Source: a virus
Reading direction: 5' to 3' (one strand)
Virus record (IMG/VR): IMGVR_UViG_3300031519_008107
Coordinates: 29,105 to 93,104 of that record
Length of the DNA: 64,000 bases
Part shown: piece after piece, positions 20,270 through 29,625 of the stretch
Numbering within the stretch: the stretch's first letter is position 1
How the letters are laid out: each line of letters starts with the position of its first letter
The notes under the pieces: model-generated
The model's input: only the letters and a program-made list of their open reading frames with translations
Told to the model about the DNA's origin: nothing
The model's database searches: none
Made by a program: the position numbers and the translations under genes

Positions 20270-21294
20270 TCACATATTTCCGCAGTTCGTCTTACAACAC
20301 ACATAATATGTGCGAACAGCAATACTTTTTCGACTATGTATTAGGTTATAGACAGCCATCAAACAAAAAAGCTGACAAAGGGACTATAGTACATAAAGCT
20401 TTAGAAATATTAGCCTTTATCAAGTTCACTGAGCAAAAGGGTGAATCAAGTTTCATTGATGATATTATAGGTGAAGTGAATGTTGGTAACTATAATGTAG
20501 ATAAAATTATTAAACAGGTATACACTTATTATACAGACAACTTTGATCATCACGAGTGGACTGAGAAAGATTTTAAGGATTGCTATAAATGGACTTATAA
20601 AGCAATTAATTACGCTGACGGTATGTTTGATCCAAGAAATCGTAATATCTTATATCCTGAACAGCGTTTCGACATAACTATAGATAAACCTTGGGCAAAA
20701 TATGATTATGGTGATTTAAAAGGCCAATTAGCAATGAAGGGTACTATAGATTTAATAACCAGACCTAGTGAAGATACTTTAGAAATTATTGACTGGAAAA
20801 CAGGACGCAGACTAGATTGGGCTACTGGACAAGAAAAAACACAAGAGAAGTTAGAAACAGATCCTCAACTTATGATTTATTTCTATGCTGCTAAAAAACT
20901 ATATCCCGAAATTAAAAACTGTATAGTAACTATATTTTTTATTAATGATGGTGGACCTTTTAGTGTGAGTTTTAATGATAGCGACGTACATGCAACAGAA
21001 GATCTAATTAGAGAAAAATTCTCACATATTAAAAAGTGCAAGCTGCCTAAACTCAGTAAAAGCTGGAAATGCACAAAACTGTGTATGTATGGCAAAACAA
21101 CGTTTGAAAACACTCGAATACCGGCAATATCTGAATATAGAGATCGTCAGTGCTGTAATGTTGGAGAGACTATGACTATGTGTGAACAGGTTAAACATGA
21201 CATTCAGCTGAAAGGCATAAAAGAAGTGGTTGACGAATACACTGTTCCCGGTTATAATGTAGGACATTACCAAGCACCCGGAAGTACGGAATGA
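20263..21294 (+). CDS. Cas4/AddB-like PD-(D/E)xK exonuclease with putative Fe-S cysteines; probable ATT start
   Basis: SSS....MC, GTIVH.ALE, GTIDL, IIDWKTG, QL..Y, C..LC. Frame is open upstream of ATG 20308 to ATT 20263, which has an AAGGA SD. Confidence 0.8.
   Translation: MIITYFRSSSYNTHNMCEQQYFFDYVLGYRQPSNKKADKGTIVHKALEILAFIKFTEQKGESSFIDDIIGEVNVGNYNVDKIIKQVYTYYTDNFDHHEWTEKDFKDCYKWTYKAINYADGMFDPRNRNILYPEQRFDITIDKPWAKYDYGDLKGQLAMKGTIDLITRPSEDTLEIIDWKTGRRLDWATGQEKTQEKLETDPQLMIYFYAAKKLYPEIKNCIVTIFFINDGGPFSVSFNDSDVHATEDLIREKFSHIKKCKLPKLSKSWKCTKLCMYGKTTFENTRIPAISEYRDRQCCNVGETMTMCEQVKHDIQLKGIKEVVDEYTVPGYNVGHYQAPGSTE
21230..21258 (+). promoter_or_regulatory. sigma70-type promoter inside the nuclease CDS, upstream of dnaE-N
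   Basis: TTGACG-17 nt-TATAAT, 33 nt before the ATG at 21291. Confidence 0.7.
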
Positions 21295-23147
21295 AGAAAT
21301 ATACCCCCTTGCATGTGCATACGCACTACTCATTATTGGACGGTCTTAGTAAACCAGAAGATATTGCACAACGATGTAATAAATTAGAAGTCTCTAGTTG
21401 TGCCATCACAGATCATGGCACTATCTCTGGATGTATTCAATTTTATTCTACGATGAAAAGTCATGGCATTAAACCAATCTTAGGTACGGAGTTATATCTT
21501 TGTGAGAATTCTCCTGAAGTCAAAGATACTAACAATAAAAAACTATCTCATATTGTTCTTTTAGCCAAGAACTTACAGGGTTGGAAAAATTTAATTAATA
21601 TTGTTTCTCATTCTAATAAACCAGAACATTATTATTATAAACCAAGACTTGATCTCAATAGCTTGTATGAATTAGTAGATGGTAATATCATTTGTCTTTG
21701 TGGACATCCCGGTTCGTATTTAGCTAATCAAATTTATCAAGAAGGAAAATTCGTTAATGATCGTACTATAGAATCAAAAGTTAAAGAACTACAAGAAATT
21801 TTTGGTAAGCAAAATACATTTGTAGAAATTCAACTTAATGATCAGACTAATGAGTATCAACAAAATGTTGGATTAAAACTCAGAGATTTTTGTAAGTCTA
21901 GAGATATTCAAACAATGGCTAGTCTAGATGCCCATTACTGTGAATCTCAAGACAGTGCGGATCAACGAATACTATTATGTAGTAATCTCAAACTTACTTT
22001 GCCTCAAGTCGCATCTAAAATGAGTAATGATGAAAACTTTAGCATGAGCAGTTTCTTTAAATCAGATCAATATCACATATTATCTCATGAAGAAATGCAT
22101 CAGGTTAATACTGAACAAGAGATAGAGAATACTAATTTGATAGACGGTATGTGTGAAGAGTATGAAATATTAAACAAGCCAGTACTGCCTAACTTTAGTT
22201 GTCCTAATAATTTAACACCTGATGAATATTTAAGACAACTGTCTCGTGATGGCTGGAAAGATAAAATTCAAGGCAATGTTGATAATCAAAACCAACAAGA
22301 ATATGTAGATCGTATTAAATATGAATTAGAAGTTTTGCAATCTGCCAATTTATCAAGCTACTTTCTAATAGTTCAAGATATTGTTAACTATCTTAGGCAG
22401 GAAGAATGGCTACCGGGGCCCGGAAGAGGAAGTGCTGCTGGCTGTTTGGTATCTTACTTAATTGGTATCACATCTATTGACCCAATTAAATATGATCTTA
22501 TTTTTGAAAGATTTTACAATGCTGGTAGAAATACTGGCGGTAGAGTATCCATGCCTGATATTGATGTTGACGTACCTATTAATCATAGGGAAGAAATTAT
22601 AGATTATATCAAAAATACATATGGTAGCAATAAAGTTTCTCAAATGATTACATATAATACGCTTAAAGGTAGGGGAGCCTTAAAAGAAGTACTAAGAGTA
22701 TATGGTAATATATCTTTTGATGAAATGAATCAAATCACTAAATTCCTACCTGACGAAGCTAAAATTGCAGACGAATTACAAGAAATGAAAGACGAAAGCG
22801 GAGAATCATCTATTATACAATGGGCTTTAGAAAACAACTCTAAAAAACTAAAAGATTGGTGCCACATAAAAGATGGTAAACTACAAGGCCCTCTTGCTAA
22901 AAGATTTGAACAGGCTATTCGATTGGAGGGAACCAAATATAATCAGTCGAAACATGCTGCTGGGATCGCCATATCTAGGCACGATCTATCAACAGTATGT
23001 CCCATGATCTATGATACCAAAACAAAACAAAGTATTGCTGGATTAGAAATGAATGATTTGGAATCTATAGGTGTGGTTAAGTTCGATATTCTTGGTATAG
23101 CATTATTAGATAAAATTATGCAAATTAAACAATATCTAAAGGAGTAA
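21291..23147 (+). CDS. dnaE: DNA polymerase III alpha, N-terminal half (PHP, palm, thumb)
   Basis: HVHTHYSLLDG, TDHG, DAHY, GRGSAAG, FERF, PDIDVD, HAAG, KFDILG, then stop. Confidence 0.93.
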   Translation: MKKYTPLHVHTHYSLLDGLSKPEDIAQRCNKLEVSSCAITDHGTISGCIQFYSTMKSHGIKPILGTELYLCENSPEVKDTNNKKLSHIVLLAKNLQGWKNLINIVSHSNKPEHYYYKPRLDLNSLYELVDGNIICLCGHPGSYLANQIYQEGKFVNDRTIESKVKELQEIFGKQNTFVEIQLNDQTNEYQQNVGLKLRDFCKSRDIQTMASLDAHYCESQDSADQRILLCSNLKLTLPQVASKMSNDENFSMSSFFKSDQYHILSHEEMHQVNTEQEIENTNLIDGMCEEYEILNKPVLPNFSCPNNLTPDEYLRQLSRDGWKDKIQGNVDNQNQQEYVDRIKYELEVLQSANLSSYFLIVQDIVNYLRQEEWLPGPGRGSAAGCLVSYLIGITSIDPIKYDLIFERFYNAGRNTGGRVSMPDIDVDVPINHREEIIDYIKNTYGSNKVSQMITYNTLKGRGALKEVLRVYGNISFDEMNQITKFLPDEAKIADELQEMKDESGESSIIQWALENNSKKLKDWCHIKDGKLQGPLAKRFEQAIRLEGTKYNQSKHAAGIAISRHDLSTVCPMIYDTKTKQSIAGLEMNDLESIGVVKFDILGIALLDKIMQIKQYLKE

Positions 23148-23152
23148 ACTAA

Positions 23153-23332
23153 ATGCAATTTTATAAATTGACTGATGATTGCCCATTTTTTATTAATGGT
23201 GAAGAGTATCAAAAAGTAAAAGAGGAAAGAATAAGCTGTTGCAAGATTAAACTAAATGCCTACAAGTTAATGGAGGACGGAGAAAAGAAACCCGTTGTCA
23301 TACAGCCTAAACAAGAGGTTTCACTACCATAA
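23153..23332 (+). CDS. 59-aa hypothetical protein between the dnaE halves
   Basis: Below the track cutoff. AAGGAG SD, ATG 23153, MQFYKLTDDCPFFINGEEYQKVKEERISCCKIK...; TAATG overlap with the next gene. Confidence 0.75.
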   Translation: MQFYKLTDDCPFFINGEEYQKVKEERISCCKIKLNAYKLMEDGEKKPVVIQPKQEVSLP

Positions 23333-24042
23333 TGAATAATAATAAAATATGTGTATTTGATTTTGAAACTGATGGTATCGACCCTACAGTATGTAGTCCC
23401 GTGCAATTATCTGCGGTTATAGTAGATCCCCATAAATTAGAGATCGTAAAAAACTCTGAATTTAATATTTATCTAAAGCCAGAAAAATTAGAAAAAGCTA
23501 AATCTGTAACCATAGATAATCATCCGTATACTGACTCTGATATTTTGGAGTGGCATGGTAAGGTTAAGGGCGTTGATAAATCAGAGATATTAAACAGTTG
23601 GATGGAATATCCTGACGCTAAACTATCATGGAAACAATTCATGGATTATTTAGACTCTTACCACCTGTTTAGAACTGGAGGCAAGAAAACTAAATTCTCA
23701 GCCCCCATAGCATCAGGATATAATATCATGAGTTTTGACATGAAGATTATAGACCGACTTGCTAAAAAACATGGTGGGTACGACAATAAAGGAAAAGCTA
23801 ACTCCATATTCCATCCTAGAGATAAGATTGATATTATGAACCTTGTCTATATTTGGTTTAGATTTATACCAGAAATTAAGTCTATATCATTAGATAATGT
23901 CAGAGGGTATTTGGGAGTTGATGCCACCAATGCACATGATGCGGTAAAGGATGTTAAAGATTGTGCGGACATTCTTATCAGATTTTTAAAACTTCATAAG
24001 AATTTTGCCTCTAAAGTACAATTTAAAGATTCATTTAGATGA
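23332..24042 (+). CDS. DEDDh 3'-5' exonuclease (DnaQ/epsilon-like)
   Basis: ExoI DFETDG, ExoII YNIMSFD, ExoIII HDAVKD. Confidence 0.88.
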   Translation: MNNNKICVFDFETDGIDPTVCSPVQLSAVIVDPHKLEIVKNSEFNIYLKPEKLEKAKSVTIDNHPYTDSDILEWHGKVKGVDKSEILNSWMEYPDAKLSWKQFMDYLDSYHLFRTGGKKTKFSAPIASGYNIMSFDMKIIDRLAKKHGGYDNKGKANSIFHPRDKIDIMNLVYIWFRFIPEIKSISLDNVRGYLGVDATNAHDAVKDVKDCADILIRFLKLHKNFASKVQFKDSFR

Positions 24043-25637
24043 TAAAGAAAAAAATACAATTTAAATCTTGTGGTTGCGTTTTTCCAACAATGGACGGACG
24101 TATTGATTACGATATTAATACAGCCAATATGAATCTTGAATGTCAGGAAACTTGGAATCTAATAGGTTCTGGCAATACCAAGGGATGTTTTCAGCTTGAG
24201 TCTCGACTTGGGCAAATGATGTCTAAAAAGTTAAAGCCTGAAAATATAGAACAATTAGCTGCTCTAATCAGTATTATGAGGCCGGGTTGCCTAGAGGCTT
24301 ATAGAGAAGGTAAAAGTGTTAGTGATCATTATATTGATAAGAAGAATGGCTCTGAATCAGTAGATTATTTCCATCCGTCTTTAGAGCCTGTGTTAAAATC
24401 GACTTATGGTGAAATGATCTATCAAGAACAATCTATGGAGATAGCTAGAGTAATTGCTGGTTTTAATCTAGAAGATGCAGATGTTTTGCGTAAGGCAATC
24501 GGGAAAAAGAAAGTTGACCTTATGACACAAGTTAAACGATCTTTTCTCTTAGGGGCAGAAAAATCTAACATAGTTTCAAATGAAATTGCTGAAGAAATCT
24601 TTGGCTGGATTGAAAAGAGCCAGAGGTATAGCTTTAACAAATCACATGCTATTAGTTATGCTTTAAACGCATATCTGTCAGCATATTCTAAATGTCATTT
24701 CCCATCATACTTTTTTGCGTCTTATCTCAAGTTTGCTCCAGATAAGATAGATCCAATGAAAGAAATTTATGAACTAATTAATAATTGTAGAGAAATGCAC
24801 ATAGATGTACACAAGCCTGACTTTAAAAAGATATCTAGTACATTTAGTATAGATAACGGCAAAGATATATTCTTTGGTTTAACAAATATTAAAGGCGTAG
24901 GGAATTCTGTATACAATAAACTTGAAGTGTTAGTTGAAAATATAGACATAGATAATATGTCTTACCTAGAAATTATATTGAATATTTTAATCAACATCAA
25001 TCAAACTGCTAGTAAAGCTATGATTAGTGTTGGTTGTTTTGATTATTTAGGGGTAGGTAGAAAAGAAATGCTATTCCACTTCGGACTGCTAAATGATTTA
25101 ACAAAAAAAGAAAAGGGTATTCTCTTAGCTAATATAAATGATCTTAAAAAAGTTGGGGATTGTTTAGACTTTTTAGGAGATAAAGTTAATATCAGGCGTA
25201 AACAAAAGATATTAGCATTACACAGTACTCTTAAACACCCTCCATATAAGTTAGAAGACTCATGTTCATGGATAGCAGATCAAGAAAATCAATTGCTAGG
25301 TATAAGTGTTACATGCTCTAAAATAGATGAGTATAGTTTAGAAAATGTTAATACAACCTGTAGAGAAATAAATCAAGAAAAATGTTTATATAGAAGCATG
25401 ATATTAGGTGTCGAAATTAAAGATGTCAATATCATCAAGACTAAAAGAGGGGCTAATCCCGGACAAGAAATGTGTTTTGCTAAAGTCTCTGATAACACTG
25501 GCTCTACAGATATTGTGGTATTCCCGGATAAGTATCTCCAATATAAGAATATTATAACGTCAGATAATACAGCTATTGTTAGTTTAGAGAAGTCTAAAAA
25601 TGGAAGCATGGTTTTAAGTAAAATTTGGCAATTATGA
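24039..25637 (+). CDS. dnaE: DNA polymerase III alpha, C-terminal half (fingers, HhH, OB)
   Basis: G.FQLES, RPG, YQEQ, LRKAIGKK, YSFNKSHA, FGL..IKGVG, OB-fold M.F...D.TG...VVFP. Confidence 0.92.
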   Translation: MIKKKIQFKSCGCVFPTMDGRIDYDINTANMNLECQETWNLIGSGNTKGCFQLESRLGQMMSKKLKPENIEQLAALISIMRPGCLEAYREGKSVSDHYIDKKNGSESVDYFHPSLEPVLKSTYGEMIYQEQSMEIARVIAGFNLEDADVLRKAIGKKKVDLMTQVKRSFLLGAEKSNIVSNEIAEEIFGWIEKSQRYSFNKSHAISYALNAYLSAYSKCHFPSYFFASYLKFAPDKIDPMKEIYELINNCREMHIDVHKPDFKKISSTFSIDNGKDIFFGLTNIKGVGNSVYNKLEVLVENIDIDNMSYLEIILNILININQTASKAMISVGCFDYLGVGRKEMLFHFGLLNDLTKKEKGILLANINDLKKVGDCLDFLGDKVNIRRKQKILALHSTLKHPPYKLEDSCSWIADQENQLLGISVTCSKIDEYSLENVNTTCREINQEKCLYRSMILGVEIKDVNIIKTKRGANPGQEMCFAKVSDNTGSTDIVVFPDKYLQYKNIITSDNTAIVSLEKSKNGSMVLSKIWQL

Positions 25638-25638
25638 A

Positions 25639-25672
25639 TTGACTATTGAAGAAGCATTTGTATTATAGTGTA
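25639..25672 (+). promoter_or_regulatory. ssb promoter region: sigma70-like TTGACT-16-TATTAT plus GTGTA motif
   Basis: Intergenic; GTGTA at 25668, 44 nt before the ATG. Confidence 0.5.
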
Positions 25673-25711
25673 TGTTGAGTTTTCGTTACTTTAATTGAAA
25701 AAGGAGCTGAT

Positions 25712-26089
25712 ATGAACCTTTGTGTTTTAAAGGGTAATCTTGCCCGTGACCCTGAACTGCGGAGTGTAACTACTGGCAGTCGTGAAACTTCGGTAGTAAA
25801 TTTTACCGTTGCTGTTTCTAGGGAATATCGTAAGTCAGATGGTTCTACTGACAAAAATACCACGTTTGTTAATTGTGAGGCTTGGGATAGTGGAGCAGAA
25901 GCTATTGCCTCTTCCTTTAATAAGGGTGACCTAGTTATGTTGGAAGGATCTTTAAGGAATGACAACTGGGAAAAGGATGGAGTAAAGCACTCATCTATGA
26001 AGGTGAGAGTAAGTAACTTTGGTAAGATCACTAAAACCAAGGTTAATAAACAACAGGAAACCAAGGAAGAAGCCGTAACGGCATTCTGA
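25712..26089 (+). CDS. ssb: single-stranded DNA-binding protein
   Basis: GNLARDPELR, F.VAV, W...AE, KGD.V..EG.L...W; SD AAGGAG. Confidence 0.95.
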   Translation: MNLCVLKGNLARDPELRSVTTGSRETSVVNFTVAVSREYRKSDGSTDKNTTFVNCEAWDSGAEAIASSFNKGDLVMLEGSLRNDNWEKDGVKHSSMKVRVSNFGKITKTKVNKQQETKEEAVTAF

Positions 26090-26096
26090 GAATATT

Positions 26097-27716
26097 ATGA
26101 AAAGAAGGATAATGATGCTGACCGAATCTGGACATATACATTCCGGATTTGGAAACTATACTCGTAACATATTGTCTAGACTTCATAGTACTGGAAAATA
26201 TGAATTAGCCGAATTGTCCTGCTATCGTGATAAACATGTTCCTAACAAAGAACCTTGGAAAATTTATCCAAATGTTCCCACAGAGCCAGAAGCGTCTAAA
26301 AGATTCAATACTGTTTCTTCTTCCGCTTTTGGTGCTTGGGGTTTTGAGCCAGCATGTTTAGACTTTAGACCTGATATTGTATTTGACGTTAGAGATTACT
26401 GGATGCTTAATTTCCCAGAATACTCTCCATTACGACCATTTTTTAATTGGGTTTTAGCACCAACCATAGACTCCGCACCACAAAGAAAAGAGTGGATGCA
26501 GACATATAGTAATGCAGATCTAGTATCTGGTCATACTCAATGGGGTGTGGATGTTTTAAATAAAGCTAAATATATCAACACTACAGAACCAGTAAACGAC
26601 TCTGTTGATGTTAATGTTTTTTATCCTGAGTCTATAGACAAAAAGGCTAATAAGGCCAATCATTTTATAGATCCTAATGATTTTCTGGTCGGTTCTGTTA
26701 TGCGTAATCAAAAACGCAAGCTTATCCCTAACTTAATTAAAGTTATAAAACAATTAAGTAATAAATACCCTAATATAAAATTACACCTTCATACTAGCTA
26801 TCCAGATCACGCTGGATGGGCATTACCTGATATATTATTAGAGCATAACGCCTCTGACTTAGTTTATTTGACATATAAGTGTAGAAGTTGTGGAGCTATG
26901 TCAGTGATGAAATTCAAGAATGGGATGGCAATGTGCCCTCATTGTAACAAACCTACAGCTACAATATGCAACGTTTCTCATGGCCTAGACGATAGTCAAT
27001 TAAAGACAGTGTTTAACTTATTTGACTGTTATGTTCAATATGCTATTTGTGAAGGCTTTGGTATTCCTGTAGTAGAAGCCGCAGCTTGTGGAGTGCCTGT
27101 TATAACAGCTAATCATGGAGCTATGGCTGAAATTGGTGAGAATTTAAATGCAAGAATTACTAAGGTTGGTACAACGTTTAGAGAACTAGAAACAAACGCT
27201 GACAGAATTTTACCTGACGACGAAGATCTTTATAAGCATATTGAAGCAGAATACTTGCAGCAAAAAGATAGAAGTTGGATCAGTAACCTAAAAGCTATTC
27301 AAGAGAATAGAGACAATCTTGTTAGTCATTATACTTGGGACAAAACAGCAGAAACTTTTGAACGAATTTTTGACAACATAGAATTAACTGGATTGCAGGG
27401 CAAGTGGGACTCTCCTCCTTTACCTCTTAGCGATAATACCAATATAGATGTTGGTACAAATAATAGGGAAACTATAGGTCGTATTATATGCGATGTGATT
27501 AAGTCTCCATACTTACTTAGAACAGCTCTAGTTCAAGGAATGATTCAAAACTTAGACAATGGTTTCGTAATGGATGGTGGCAGTATTAAAAATTATGATT
27601 TCGGAACTGCTGGTAAATTATTAGACCAACTTTACAATTCTAAAAAAACGTGGGAAAGTATTAGATTGGGTAAAACTGCTTTACCTAATGACTTTAAAGA
27701 AGTTATAACATATTAA
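26097..27716 (+). CDS. GT4-family glycosyltransferase with zinc-ribbon insertion
   Basis: SGFG, RNQKRK, EGFGIPVVEAAACGVP; insert CRSC...CPHC. Confidence 0.85.
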   Translation: MKRRIMMLTESGHIHSGFGNYTRNILSRLHSTGKYELAELSCYRDKHVPNKEPWKIYPNVPTEPEASKRFNTVSSSAFGAWGFEPACLDFRPDIVFDVRDYWMLNFPEYSPLRPFFNWVLAPTIDSAPQRKEWMQTYSNADLVSGHTQWGVDVLNKAKYINTTEPVNDSVDVNVFYPESIDKKANKANHFIDPNDFLVGSVMRNQKRKLIPNLIKVIKQLSNKYPNIKLHLHTSYPDHAGWALPDILLEHNASDLVYLTYKCRSCGAMSVMKFKNGMAMCPHCNKPTATICNVSHGLDDSQLKTVFNLFDCYVQYAICEGFGIPVVEAAACGVPVITANHGAMAEIGENLNARITKVGTTFRELETNADRILPDDEDLYKHIEAEYLQQKDRSWISNLKAIQENRDNLVSHYTWDKTAETFERIFDNIELTGLQGKWDSPPLPLSDNTNIDVGTNNRETIGRIICDVIKSPYLLRTALVQGMIQNLDNGFVMDGGSIKNYDFGTAGKLLDQLYNSKKTWESIRLGKTALPNDFKEVITY

Positions 27717-28772
27717 ATGAATATTTTATATTTGGGTCATTATAGAGAAAATACAGGCTTAGGTATTTCTTCTCTCAGATTTGTTCATGGATTAAAACAA
27801 AAGTATGAAAACTTAGCAATAAGACCTTTATATGAATTTCGTGATAAAAGACTTCATGCAATAGAAGACATAGAAGAATTAGAGAAAAAATCTTTTAACA
27901 AATATGATTGCGTAATTCAGCACACTCTGCCCACATTACTGTCCTATGACAAAAACATGGGTAAAAACATAGGAGTCGTAAATATACCAACCATTAACAT
28001 AGCTCAAAGCGTTGTTCCTGACTATTTAAATTTAATGGACGAAATTTATGTACGTTCCACATACAGTTATAACAATATTGAGAAGTTAATAAATAATAAA
28101 TGCAAAGTTGTTTATGAACCATTTGATGAAGTGGTGGATGATACAGATGCTAAACGTACAGGAACATTTAAATTCTTTGCTACTGGAACTTTAGAAGATA
28201 GGTATAACCTTAAAAAAATAGTAATGGCTTTTTTGTCAGAGTTTTCTACTGAAAATCTAGTTGAATTAATTTTACATATAGATGGTGATGTTCGAAAATC
28301 TGCTAATATGGTTCACCAAGTTTATGATAGATTAAGAATTCCTATTACAAATGAGAACAAAGTTACTATTCTCAATGAACAAAAGACAGAAAAAAATCAA
28401 AAAACTATATTAAAAAACATAGACTGTTCTATAGTGTTAGATAAAGCTGATGATAGTGGGATTGTATCTATTCAAAGCTTGCTATATAATAACATTGTTA
28501 TCACGCAAGATCGGTCTGCATCTTGTGATTTTGTAAATGAAGACAACGGCTTTATTGTAGATAGTTATGAAATTGGTGTTGAAGATCTTTCTAACAACCA
28601 TGACAACAGTATTTACTCCATCTATGAGTCTTATTACGACGCAGACATAGGTTCTTTAAAAACATGTATGAGGAATGCCTGCACTTTAACATCATCAGAG
28701 AAAAGACTTAAACAGCTTAACATCGACAAAAGTAAATTTTCTTACAAAACTTTCATAAACGGTTTGCCATGA
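27717..28772 (+). CDS. divergent GT-B glycosyltransferase
   Basis: MNILYLGHY...G.G, QH.LP, R.NL...V.AF..EF, NGF.V; the GT4 EX7E motif is degenerate. Confidence 0.6.
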   Translation: MNILYLGHYRENTGLGISSLRFVHGLKQKYENLAIRPLYEFRDKRLHAIEDIEELEKKSFNKYDCVIQHTLPTLLSYDKNMGKNIGVVNIPTINIAQSVVPDYLNLMDEIYVRSTYSYNNIEKLINNKCKVVYEPFDEVVDDTDAKRTGTFKFFATGTLEDRYNLKKIVMAFLSEFSTENLVELILHIDGDVRKSANMVHQVYDRLRIPITNENKVTILNEQKTEKNQKTILKNIDCSIVLDKADDSGIVSIQSLLYNNIVITQDRSASCDFVNEDNGFIVDSYEIGVEDLSNNHDNSIYSIYESYYDADIGSLKTCMRNACTLTSSEKRLKQLNIDKSKFSYKTFINGLP

Positions 28773-29209
28773 TAGGTAATTTATTAAATAAAGAAAAGGG
28801 ACAAATATCTATATTATGGATACCTTCTCAAGATACTATGTTTGAAAAAAACTTTAAAACGCTCAATTATTCGTGTTGCAATCTAGACAATTTATTTTTA
28901 GGTAAATATCACCCTAATTTAATTATAACAAATAATAAACTCATAAAATTAGATCATATCATTAATCTTTGTTTAATACATTATTGTAATTTAATTGTCA
29001 TAGATCATGAAGAACAACCAGACATTGTATCGGTAGATAAAATTACAGCTAAACTTAAGTTGGTTCCCAATGTTTTAGAAATTTCTATGAGTGACAGAAT
29101 TTATAATTCTTGGGGGAAAAGACATGATGTAGTTTGCAAATCAGATTTCCAAATATTAGATTTAAAAGAAATTATAGATAAATTTGCGGAGAAATTATTT
29201 ATACTATGA
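28769..29209 (+). CDS. hypothetical protein
   Basis: Overlap-coupled within the GT operon. Confidence 0.6.
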   Translation: MIGNLLNKEKGQISILWIPSQDTMFEKNFKTLNYSCCNLDNLFLGKYHPNLIITNNKLIKLDHIINLCLIHYCNLIVIDHEEQPDIVSVDKITAKLKLVPNVLEISMSDRIYNSWGKRHDVVCKSDFQILDLKEIIDKFAEKLFIL

Positions 29210-29625
29210 CTAAAATACATATACATAAAGATGAACAGGCAAATTTTGAGATACCTAAATATACACCTATGTCATATGATAGATTTGTAAATTTAGAAAA
29301 TAATAGCATAGAGTCAATATACATTGTAGACATATTAGATTATTTCACTAAAGAAGATAGCGATGTTGTTTTAAGATGTATACATGATAAATTAATAGAT
29401 AGTGGAGATATTGTTATTCAAGGGCCTGATTTTTATCAGCTTCTTATAGCCATCAATTTTAATAAAATACAACCAGATTTAGGCAAGCAAGTTATATATA
29501 GCGGTAGAGTCATTATGCATTCTATGGAAGATATATTAAGCAAAGTGAATCTTGCGGGCTTCGAATGTTACATTAAAAAGTATATAAATATATTTGAATA
29601 CTATGTAGAATTTAAAAAAATATGA
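29206..29625 (+). CDS. hypothetical protein, partial SAM-methyltransferase-like fold
   Basis: NNSIESI...DILDY...L...G.I.I..PD resembles the post-motif-I part of class I MTases. Confidence 0.45.
   Translation: MTKIHIHKDEQANFEIPKYTPMSYDRFVNLENNSIESIYIVDILDYFTKEDSDVVLRCIHDKLIDSGDIVIQGPDFYQLLIAINFNKIQPDLGKQVIYSGRVIMHSMEDILSKVNLAGFECYIKKYINIFEYYVEFKKI

Noticed and set aside
20263-21294. CRISPR-Cas system suggested by the Cas4-like gene
   Set aside because: No repeat-spacer array or other cas genes are visible; solo Cas4/AddB-like nucleases are common in phage replication modules.
23100-24120. Split intein or self-splicing intron joining the dnaE halves
   Set aside because: No Cys/Ser-starting IntN after the DnaE-N sequence and no HN/C IntC end. 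The gap is fully occupied by two normal coupled ORFs, with no room for a ribozyme core.
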